Below, piece after piece: positions 1-10,374 of a stretch of DNA of 64,000 nucleotides. The notes beneath the pieces are model-generated. The model was not told where the DNA came from and ran no database searches. It saw nothing but the letters and a program-made list of their open reading frames with translations. Positions within the stretch are counted from its first letter, which is position 1, and each line of letters opens with the position of its first letter. This DNA comes from Mobula hypostoma. Taxonomy: Eukaryota. The stretch lies in assembly GCF_963921235.1 (NCBI RefSeq), contig NC_086097.1, positions 63,924,001-63,988,000 of the forward strand. Reading direction: 5' to 3'. The position numbers and the translations under genes are program-made.

Positions 1-194
1 GTGAGTGTGATGCAATTGGTTTGTGCACGGAAGAGTGCTCAACAGAAGTGAGATGAGGGATATGTCTTAGTATTGGACATGTCCAGTTACTGTGTCATGA
101 TAATACAATAGTACCCAGTTGGTAGAGTTGGCTGTGTTAAAACAATGCAATATTATATTTTGTGTGCTATTTCTGTTCCCTGTTGCCTTGGGAA

Positions 195-600
195 AGGTCA
201 GAATCAGATTTATTATCATCGACTGAGATGACGTGGAGTTTGTTATTTTGCAGCAGCAGTACAGTGCAAAGACAATTATTATAAATTACAAAAATAAATA
301 GGAAGTTAGTGATCATGCACCATTCAGAAATCTGACCGTGGAGAGAAGGAAGCTGTTCCTGAATCGTCGAGTGTGGGTGTTCAGCTTTGTGGTCTTTCTC
401 CCCCATCAAGAAGAGGGCATGTCCTGAATGGTGGGGGTCTTTCGTGAAGAATACCAAATCTCCTTAAAGTCTTAACAAAGTAAAACTACTGACTTAGCTT
501 TGTTGTGATTGCATCAGTGTGTTGGGCCCTCTGAAAGATTGACGCCCTGGAGTGTGACACTGCTCACCGTATCTTCCACTGATCCCTCAATGAGGACTGA
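195..600 (-). mobile_element. Rex/Babar-type LINE 3' remnant
   Basis: KDPHHSGHALF motif and 3' UTR shared with other copies in the window. Confidence 0.6.
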
Positions 601-1438
601 CTTCCTTTTCACGTTCCAGTCAATGCTTGTGGGAAACTTCAGTGCAGAGACAATTCAAGATTGACTCTTTGAGAGTTGTCTTTTTTAAAAATCTCTTCCC
701 TCTGGCTCTGAATTGAAATGATTATAAAGTAACTCTTGAGCCCTTCAAGGGTATCCTGATGAGAGGGAATCTCAAAACTAATCCTGGGACAAGATGACTG
801 AAAAAATATTTCCTGGCATCGACAGGAACAATAATAGAGATAATCAGAAATGATTTTAATCTTGTTACAAAGGAATTGTTATATTGAGACTTTAAAATTA
901 AAATTTAAAATCACTTGGTTAACACACTCTGAGTAGCACACTCCTTTAAAAACACACCATGATATTTGAGAGTACATCTGATAATAGTTGTGGAAAACAT
1001 TGTGTAACTAAAACCAGCTCATTTACTGTTATAGGTTCTTTACATCCAAGTTGCTGTATCAAACAGGGAGCTTTCATATTTCAAGAGTGTATATGATGGA
1101 CCATTGTTCATAATTTGACCCAGCCTGTCCAATATTTTTGACCTATGTAAATACAGGATGACAGTACTGGCTTAATAGGGCTGATCTCAGTAATGCTAAA
1201 ATCCAATACCTTGAATTTCCTTTCCAAAGAAAATGTAAGCAACTGGAGACTGATTTTTCAAGTTATGCTGAAACTGGACAGAAGGTGTCTGTGTACTGTA
1301 TGTCATGGATCCAAGTGAGTAGGGCAGTAGCAGGAAATGCAGCAGGACAGCGCTCGTACTTCCTCCGCCAGTTTTTATTTGAATTTCTGTCAGCATACAC
1401 TTCAATGTTCAGGATAAGGCAACATCTACTACGAACTG

Positions 1439-1994
1439 CAGACATCCCACCCTGCAAAAACTGATTTCAGGGAGGTAGCACCATCAATTTGCGGGAGACT
1501 TCTGGGAGAGGTGGGATGTTTGCAATAGAGTAGCTCCTTAGCAACCAGACAGCTAGTTTAAATAACGTTAACTATGCCAATAAACGAATGACACCTGTTA
1601 AACTCACCTCAACATGTCTTTTACAGTCTTAACCCACCATGGGCAATAGAAAAGTCACTGTTGTAAACAGTGCAGCGAGCAATACTGTCATTATTTTTGA
1701 CCCCTATTAGGCAGGGGTACACTTTAGTGTAGTCTGGGGTGACGTACTTTTTATTTTTTTTTGGAACACTCTGCCATGGCGCGCCCTTGCTCTGTCTCTC
1801 ACGCTTTCTCTCGCGCTCTCTCGCTTGCTTTCTTGCGCTCTCACTTGCTCTCGTGCTCTCGCTTGCTTGCTTGCTCTTGCTCGCTCTTAAAAAAATTTGA
1901 TTTCTGTGATATTGTATATAATTTACGGGCATCAGGGAGCCACTAATTCATATGCGGGAGGCTTCTGGAACTTATGGGAGAGTTGGGATGTCTG
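1439..1994 (-). mobile_element. Non-autonomous hAT-like DNA transposon
   Basis: TIRs cagacatccca / tgggatgtctg; flanks gaactg / gaattg; remnant transposase N-terminus ARCTVYNSDFSIAHGG on minus strand. Confidence 0.65.
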
Positions 1995-2054
1995 GAATTG
2001 ACACTGTCAAATTTATTCTTTTGTGATTCTTCTAAATGGTTTATTTCTTAACAG

Positions 2055-2231
2055 CTGCAAGCAAGTGGAAAATCATTTGAGAATATAGAACTTGGAGACG
2101 TGAGCACAAGGAAACAAAAGGTTCCTCGGAGAATCATTCACTTTGCAAGTGGCGAAACAATGGAGGAGTATAGCACTGATGAAGAAGAGCCGGAAGAAGA
2201 TAAGAGAGATTTGTTGCCTACAATTGATGTG
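2055..2231 (+). CDS. FAM177A1: FAM177A1 internal coding exon (LQASGKSFENIELG...PRRIIHFASGETMEEYSTDEEE...IDV)
   Basis: ttcttaacag acceptor and gtaagt donor. Contains the FAM177 signature PRRIIHFxxGETMEEYSTDEE. The first exon is not seen and is presumably upstream of the window. Confidence 0.93.
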
Positions 2232-2318
2232 GTAAGTTTAAAATGTACTATAAAGTTATTTTTGCGAATCCTGGCAGTATGAGTGTCCAGGTATAAAGTA
2301 TCAAACTTTTTTTTCTAG

Positions 2319-2385
2319 AGCAAACTTCCATGGGGCCCATTTCTGTGGTTCTACATGCTAAGATTTGCAACAGGAACACTATCTG
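2319..2385 (+). CDS. FAM177A1: FAM177A1 exon (SKLPWGPFLWFYMLRFATGTLS)
   Basis: ttttctag / gtaagc; 67 nt, phase 0 to 1; matches recalled human TKLTWGPYLWFYMLRAATSTLS. Confidence 0.93.
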
Positions 2386-2592
2386 GTAAGCATGGTATTC
2401 AAGTAGTATCACTAACTACAATGGTCTTTTGTCTGGATTGGATGATGGTTCTATGATTAGATGCAGGAGTGTAATTAGTTGACAGAATAAAGAGTAAAAA
2501 ATTAAATAAAATCAACAACTAGAAAACAAACAAAATCTGACAATGATAAAACTGAACATTCATTAACAATTTTGTAATTTTGTTTTGAATAG

Positions 2593-2690
2593 TGTGCGAC
2601 TTCTTAGGAGAAAAATTAGCTTCCCTTTTTGGTATAAATGCACCAAAATACCAGTATGCTATCGATGAATACTATAGAATAAAGAAGGAG
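2593..2690 (+). CDS. FAM177A1: FAM177A1 exon (VCDFLGEKLASLFGINAPKYQYAIDEYYRIKKE)
   Basis: gaatag / gtaagc; 98 nt, phase consistent; conserved CDFLGEK..PKYQYAIDEY motif. Confidence 0.94.
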
Positions 2691-3859
2691 GTAAGCAAAT
2701 GGCATGCTATTATTCAGTAAAGAATGTGTAATTTGTCTCAAATCTCACTTTGGAGGTGCTTGTGGGAAAAAAAGTAAGCACGTTTGAACTCCTTAAACTA
2801 ATTAGAGACAACAAAGATGATCTGTAATTCCCCATATATAGCCTCAGAATTTGCATTTAGTGCTTTAGAAAGTTTACCCGATGCAGAGAAAAGGAAGCTT
2901 GAGATCATGGCTCCAGGATCATTCATGACTTGAAGAGGAATAAGGAATAAACAACAGCCATCTTAGGCTTGTCTCTGAACTTAGGCACCATCAACAACTG
3001 TATGACGATCTGACACAATTTAAATTTTAATATTTACATCTAAAAATACTAATATAGTGCTCATAATCATTTCTCTCTTTTGAAATCAATGAACAAGGTT
3101 TATCTGTGTCACATCTACATGGACAGAGGTTATTGGAATGAACAGAAATTATTTGTAGACAATAGGCAGTTGCTGCAATGTCACGTTCCCTCGCTACAGA
3201 TCTTTTGGAACCAATGTCAGTCGGGAAAAGTACCGCATACAGATCATTACAACTTAGGGACTCCTGACATAACTCTGCAAAGTCCTATTGATTTGCAAAG
3301 AGTCTCAGTTATATAGGTATAGCCATGATCATCATGGGGTGGTGAGAGGGCTCTGGGGAGTGGGTGATAGCAAGACGTAATCATTGATCGAGCGGCAATA
3401 CAAAATGTAGATTCTAACAAGATACTTAACAGGGTACTTCTTCCTAAAATGTTTCTATGTGAAGCATTTCAAATCTAAGATACTGACATTATATTTTAAA
3501 CTTTGAACTTGAAAATTCATTTATATCCAAGAGGCTTAAGGTAGTTTGCAAACTCTATCAAATTTCCAGACATTTCTATTTCTTTGATATAACATAGAGC
3601 CAAGGTTTAAAACACAGATATCAAACATAATTTTGGAAAAAAAGTCAACTTAAAACCAAAAGTTCAAGCAAGTTGTCCAGAGTGGAATCCTACTTTTACG
3701 TATTCCTGTGCAATTCTATACCATGTTTCCATATGTTCTATATTTTCCATATATTCTACATTTACATCAAGTAATTGTCCTCCAATACTCTATACTTTGA
3801 CCTGCATAAGCTGTAATTTGAGCTTCCTTACGGGTTTGTGGATGGTATTAATCCAGTAT

Positions 3860-4775
3860 TTCTTTAGGATCCTGGCGATCTGTAAGGAAGCTCAAATCAC
3901 AGTTTAAGCAGGTCAAAGATGACCTGGGACTTAGGGTGGCTAGTGTTTACAGGATTCCCTGTGAATGCAGAGCGGTGCATATTGGCCAGACGGGGCACAA
4001 GGAGAAAAGGTACATGAAGATACATGAAGCCTAGAAAAATAGAGGGCTGTGGTAGGAAAATTCTAGGCAGTTTCTAGATTAGGTTACATGGTCAGCATAA
4101 CTTTGTGGGCCAAAGGGCCTGTAATGTGCTGTGATTTCTATGTTCTAAGGAGCACAGGAGGTGTAACCGTTTGGGTTACTCAAAGAAATTGATAGAACAT
4201 CATTGCATTCACAATGGCCATAGGATTGCCTTTGACAGCACAAAACTACTGTGCCACGCCAATGGCTTTTGGGACTGCATGGTGAAGGAAGCCATTGAAA
4301 TTGTTGTTGTTTTGTATGGCAGGTGTTTTTCTCTTCACACCTCTAGTTGTCATGATGAAGTGTGGCCCCATAGGGGCAGATGCGAGTCTGTCAGTTTGGG
4401 AGCTGGGGTTGGATCAATCTCCATCTGGCATCTCGTCCAACATGGGTGGCCCTGAGTTGGCATCATTGCCTGGTGGAGTCCTCGAAGCACGCAAGCCTCC
4501 ATACGAGGTCAATGTGTTGATCCGGGCCATGAAGGAAGCCATTGAAATAAAACTAGAGAAAAAGAATTTTAACAAAGACAAAGGTCTCACTCTAGGTAAA
4601 AACTAGAATTTGGTTGTAAACAAGGTGGGTCAAGCAGAAACTTGATTGGATGAAGACTGACGGATAATGGTATATATACACCATCAGACTAGACCTGCCC
4701 AGGCATCATCCTGGATGAAGATGGAAAAGTTTGTCATCGAAACATCAGTTAAGATCGCTATCTGTATCTGGTTGG
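3860..4775 (+). mobile_element. Penelope-like element 3' part (GIY-YIG endonuclease remnant) with nested insertions
   Basis: VYRIPCECRAVHIGQTG and KEAIEIKLEKKNFNKDKG motifs; hammerhead-like motif at 4711-4748. Confidence 0.75.
4302..4529 (-). mobile_element. Short RTE-related non-autonomous retroposon
   Basis: 19-bp TSD tgaaggaagccattgaaat (4283-4301, 4530-4548); (AAC)n tail on minus strand. Confidence 0.65.
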
Positions 4776-4925
4776 TGAATTGTTGCAGAAGAGCAGGAAA
4801 CCGTAGAGAATTGGCATTAGATTAAACAATTTATTGCAAAGAATTAAGTAAAGGAATTTTATTGAATTAAGCTTAATTGCCAGTTTGCCTAAGACTGCTA
4901 ATATTTGAAACTGTAAATGTTACAG

Positions 4926-5132
4926 GAGGAGGAAGAAGAGGAAGAAAATAAAATGTCAGAAGAAGCTGAAAAGAATTTCCAAGAACAAATGGAAAAGCAG
5001 CAAGATGTAGTCAGTTCACATGAGGGTTTGCCAGCGGTTAACGCATCATTTGTAAATGTCAGTTTTGAAATAGAAAATGATCCTACACCTATAACGGAAA
5101 CCAAACAAAGAGGTGATCCTATCCCTTCTTAG
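4926..5132 (+). CDS. FAM177A1: FAM177A1 last coding exon (EEEEEEENKMSEEAEK...DPIPS*)
   Basis: gttacag acceptor, acidic run followed by SFVNVSFE motif, TAG at 5130-5132. Confidence 0.9.
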   Translation, partial: EEEEEEENKMSEEAEKNFQEQMEKQQDVVSSHEGLPAVNASFVNVSFEIENDPTPITETKQRGDPIPS

Positions 5133-5514
5133 AGGAAGCTCTACAAAAGGAGGATAAACAGGCACTCAAGTTCAGCACTCCTCCCCTCCCCCCCAAAAAC
5201 AGGCCTTAATTCACTGATTAAAATGCAGCTGTGCCTTGTTAAAGTCATTCACTTTTCACCTAATTTGACCTTCTGTCATGAATCTGCTATTATAATAATA
5301 CTGCACATCAGGTGTTTATTGTTTAATCTATATAATTACATTATTTATTTGTAGTTTGTTCTTTATAAATAAATTGTCTATTCACTTTTGTAAATTACAA
5401 AACTTTAATAAAATTTTACGCAAACTATTGTTACACTATGTACAGTTTTAAAAACTCAGTACAAATACTGATCAATTATAACTGAGGGGAAAGAAAAACA
5501 AGCAATGCACAAAA

Positions 5515-5703
5515 TCATGGATCTTCCAGATCAGCACCACCATCGTTGTCACTTGCAACAAGAACTTCTCGGTTTTCATAAGTCCAAAATCCATTTAGAT
5601 CAATCAGAATGCTGCTGACAGTGTCACCTTGCCCACTGCTTATTAAATCTTGAAGGGTGATTTTATATGGATCTTTAGGCTTAACCATGTCAAAGATTTC
5701 ATC
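5515..5703 (-). CDS. PPP2R3C: PPP2R3C exon 13, last (DEIFDMVKPKDPYKITLQDL...LEDP*)
   Basis: ttttgcag acceptor, TGA stop; close to recalled human C-terminus. Confidence 0.96.
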   Translation of the reverse strand, partial: DEIFDMVKPKDPYKITLQDLISSGQGDTVSSILIDLNGFWTYENREVLVASDNDGGADLEDP

Positions 5704-6141
5704 CTGCAAAATTTAAAATGTTCTTTAGAGAATTTTATAGATCAAACATTAATTACAGTAAAACAAGCCTAAGTTTTCTTATTCTACCAAGGTGTAACAG
5801 CTGAGCTAGGGCTTCCAGAGCTCCCAACAGAAACTTGTTGCCACATTTCTACAAAATGAGGCATAATTGCAGGTTTGTGTGCCTTTTTACAGTTGGATTG
5901 TGGAGGTGCAATTTAAAGCTGTATGTTAATAGCATAGGTCTTCGTAGAGCAATAGGAATACCAACAATTTGAAAGGAAAGTCGCTAGACAAACATTTGGT
6001 ACTCCCAATCACTGCTTTTGATTTGTGATAAACAATTTATTCCTGTCCCCATCTATTATGTTGATCAAATGACAAATTGCAAAATAGTTGTGCTTTTGTA
6101 TTATTTATCATCAATATGACTTCTCACAGTTACAAATATAC

Positions 6142-6201
6142 CTTAACATCCTGAAAAGAAACTGGTTCCTGCCCGTGAAGCTTCATTTGCTCCTGGATAG
6201 C
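6142..6201 (-). CDS. PPP2R3C: PPP2R3C exon 12 (AIQEQMKLHGQEPVSFQDVK)
   Basis: catatag / gtatat; 60 nt in frame. Confidence 0.93.
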
Positions 6202-6959
6202 CTATATGAATACAAACAAATAACATTAACTTCATTTCAATTGCAAATAAATCAGCAAAATGCTTTTGCTAAAATCTATGTCAGCATTTAGGTTTGTAAA
6301 CATGTAATGAACATTTGTTTAGAGTTTATTAATTTCCATGAAAACCGAACAGCTTTGCTAATGTCATGGAGGGAACGAATCTGCCTTGTATGTGACTCCA
6401 GCTTCACGCTAATGTTTGGCCCACCTGTCACTACATGGCCATTAAATCATCAAAAAGTAGATAGACATATGCAATATATCAAGGCATTATTCTGCAAAGC
6501 ATGCCTTGTTGATAAATCAAACCAGGTGTCAAAGTCTCCAGCTTGCATTCATTCATAATTATGTCTATGAGACAGTATCCCAAGCACCTTTCAGCATCAG
6601 CACAGTGGAGTCTTGATTATTGGGAGTTCTCAGTATTAGCCAGACTCTAAGTTATATATCAACAGGTTAAATAACAATGAACTCTTGTGCTGATTCTCAC
6701 CTCCCTTTATGAGGCACCATTCAGAGAAGCCACGAAAATAATGTACTTTGGGTGGAGATTATATATTCCAACGCTGAGGATGGTTTGGTACCTAGATAAT
6801 CTGGCCAAACCCTGAAGGATGTTGCTGTCAGAATGAGGCTGCAGCAGATGGCTCTTTCTCTATGGGTTGTTCAAAAAAAGCCTGACCATAGTCCATTGGA
6901 CCTCAGCCAAATTACATAACTACTTCCACATCTTAAATACAACAATCTCAAACAAGCTA

Positions 6960-8772
6960 TTGATCTGTTTGAGGATGAAAAAAAATAAATATTCAACAAG
7001 AATATAGGATATCAAAAGTTTCATCAGATACATAAAGTGTAAAAGAGAGGCAAGAGTGGATATCGGATCGCTGGAAAACAATGCTGGACAGGTAGTAATG
7101 GGGTCAACAAAATAATGGACCAACTGAATAAGTATTTTGCATCAGTCTTTACTGAGGAAGACACTAGCAGTATGGTGGAAGTTCCAGGTGTCAGGGGGCA
7201 TGAAGTGTGTGAAGTTACCATAATGAGAGTGAAGGTTCTTGGGAAACTGAAAGGTCTGAAGGTAGATGAGTCACCTGGACCAGTTGGTGTACACCCCAGA
7301 GTTCTGAAAGAGGTGGCTGAAGAGATCATTGGGGCAATAATCTTTCAAGAATCACTAGATTCTGGAATGGTTCCAGAAGACTGGAAAATTGTAAATGTCA
7401 CTCCACTCTTCAAGAAGGGAGAGTGGCAGAAGAAAGGAAATTATAGGCCAGTTAGTCTGACCTCAGTGGTTGGGAAGATGTTGGAGTAGATTATTCAGGA
7501 TGTCTCAGGGGACTTGGAGGCTCATGATAAAGTAGGCAGTAGTCAGCATAGTTTCCTCAGGAAAAACCTTGCATGACAAATTCATTGGAATTCTTTGAAG
7601 AAGTAACAAGATAGACAAAGGAGAATCGGTTGATGTTCTGTACTTGAACTTTCAGAAGGCCTTTGACAAGGTGTCACACATGAGGCTGCGTAACAAGTTA
7701 TGAGTCCATGGTATTACAGGAAAAATTCTAGCATGGATAAAGTCATGGCTGATTGGCAGGAGGCGAAGAGTAGGAATAAAAGGAGCCACAGGGGTCTGTG
7801 TTGGGACCGATTCTTCTTACTTTATATGTCAATGATTTTGATGATGGAATTGCTGGCTTTGTACAGTTTGCAGAAGACATGAAGATAGGTGGAGGTGCAG
7901 GTAGTTTTGAGGAAGTAGAGAGGCTACAGAAGGACTTAGACCGACTCGGGGAATGGGCAAAGAAATGGCAGATGGTATATAGTGTCAGGAAGTGAATGGT
8001 AGAAGAAATGGAAGGGTTGACTATCTTCTAAATGGAGAGAAAATAGAAAAAAACTGGGTTCAAAGGGACTTGGGAGTCCTTGTTCAGGATTCCCTAAAGT
8101 TTAATTTTCAGGTTGAGACTGTGGTGAGGAAGGCAACTGTGACGTTAGCATTCATTTCAAGAGAACTAGAATATAAAAGCAAAGACGTAATGTTGAAACT
8201 TCATAAAACACTGGCGAGGCCTCACTTGGAATATTATGAACATGTTTGGGCCCTTTATCTTAGAAACAATGTGCTGAAACTGGAGAGGGTTCAAAGGAGG
8301 TTCACGAAAATGATTCCAGGATTGAATAGCTTGTCATATGAAGAGTGTTTGATGGCTCTGGGCCTGTATTCAGTAGAATTCAGAAGAATGAGGGGTGACC
8401 TCATTGAAACCTATTGAATGGTGAAAGGCCTTTATAGAGTGGATGTGGAGAAGACGTTTCCTACAGTGGGAGAATCTTAAGAATAGAGGACACAGTCTCA
8501 AAATAGAGAAGCGTCCTTTTACAACGGAGATGAAGAGGGATTTCTTTAGCCAGAGTGGTGAATCTGTGAAATTCTTTGCCACAGGCAGCTGTGGAGGCAA
8601 GACTTTATGTATATTTAAGGCAGAGGTTGATAGATTCTTGATTGGTCAGAGCATGAAGGGATACAGGGAGAAGGCAGGTGATTGGGGCTGAGAGGAAAAT
8701 TAGATCAGCCACGATGAAATGGCAGAGCAGACTCGATGGGCTGAATGGCCTAATTCTGCTCCTATATCTTAT
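6960..8772 (+). mobile_element. CR1-clade LINE, 5'-truncated degenerate ORF2
   Basis: SPGPVGVHPRVLKE, NYRPVSLTSVVGK, FAEDMKIGG, RPHLEY motifs with stops and frameshifts. Confidence 0.9.
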
Positions 8773-9691
8773 GGTAACAATGCAAGTCCGGTGGTGGTAC
8801 TAAACAAATCAGCCTGATCAGCATAAAGGAGCGATCCGAGCTGGCATGGCCCTACCCGACCCTGAACATTTACTGGAATATATACTGCACCTGACCCAAA
8901 CCCAATACATACAGCTGGGCTCCAGCAGGTTTTAGTCCTCACCAATCTACTATTAGCTGATACATCTGTTAATGACACATCACTATTTGTTATCATTGCA
9001 ATCATTCTGGAGTGGCCATTTTCACAAGGGTGGGAGCATTGTGCAGCAATACCACCATGTTGAGTGTTTCAGATCAACAGATCCACTATCTTAAAAATCA
9101 GCTCTCAAAGCACTGTGCCCAAAGGCATTAATGGAAAACATTTCAGTGTCCTGTTTCTCACTGGGAAGGTACTGCCTGTTGTTCTGAATATCCCCAGCGT
9201 TTTGATTTCATTTTAGATTTACAGCAACTACTGTTTTTTGCTTTTCAATTAACAAGTGGGTAACTTCGCAAAGGTCTGCATCTTGAGCAACAAAAGACCC
9301 CAGCACTCTAATGCAAGTCTGTACAGGTTTCCATCATCCTGACTGGAACATAAAATTCTGTTCTCTTTCTTGCTTGATCAAAATTTTGGAAAATCTAATG
9401 CAACATCATTCTGTGCACGTTTAGAATGTACACTGAACAATTGGCTATTAATTCGGAGGTTACAGCATTTTATAGTATAAACAGGCCCTTTGGTGTACAA
9501 AACCTGTGCAGGCCATGGTGTCAATTAAGCTAATACCTTCAGTTTACACCTGATCTGTATCCCTCCACTCCATCCATATTCTTGTGCCTATCCAAAAGCC
9601 TCTTGATGCCACTATCATTTCCATCACCACCACCATCCCCAGTAGCACATCCCAGCTACTACCACTCTGTTTAAAAAAAACTTACCCCACA

Positions 9692-10372
9692 CATAGTCAT
9701 AGTCATACTTTACTGATCCTGAGGGAAATTGATTTTCGTTACAGTTGCCCCAACCAAGAATAGAGTATAAATATAGCAATATAAAACCATAAATAATTAA
9801 ATAGTAATATGCAAATTATGCCAGGATATAAGTCCAGGACCAGCCTATTGGCTCAGGGTGTCTGACCCTTCAAGGGAGGAGTTGTATAGTTTGATGGCCA
9901 CAGGCAGGAATGACTTCCTATGACGCTCAGTGTTGCATCTCGGTGGAATGAGTCTCTGGCTGAATGTACTCCTGTGCCCAACCAGTCCATTATGTAGTGG
10001 ATGGCAGACATTGTCCACAATGGCATGCAACTTAGACAGCATCCCCCTTTCAGACACCACCGTCAGAGAGTCCAGTTCCATCCCCACAACATCACTGGCC
10101 TTATGAATGAGTTTGTTGATTCTGTTGGTGTTTGCTACCCTCAGCCTGCTGCCCCAGCACACAACAGCAAACATGATAGCACTGGTCACCACAGACTTGT
10201 AGAACATCCTCAGCATTGTCCAGCAGATGTTAAAAGACCTCAGTCTCCTCAGGAAAAAGAGACGGCTCTGACCCTTCTTGTAGACAGTCTCAGTGTTCTT
10301 TGACCAGTTCAGTTTATTGTCAATTCATATCCCCAGGTATTTGTAATCCTCCATGACCACACTGACCCCCTG
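9692..10372 (-). mobile_element. Rex/Babar LINE 3' fragment
   Basis: MLRMFYKSVVTSAIMFAVVCWG...CNTERHRKSFLPVAIKLYN; (ATGACT)n tail. Confidence 0.85.
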
Positions 10373-10374
10373 GA

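Noticed and set aside
6134..6141. U12-type intron donor (gtatattt) in PPP2R3C
   Set aside because: Does not match the GTATCCTT consensus, and no U12 branch site was seen.
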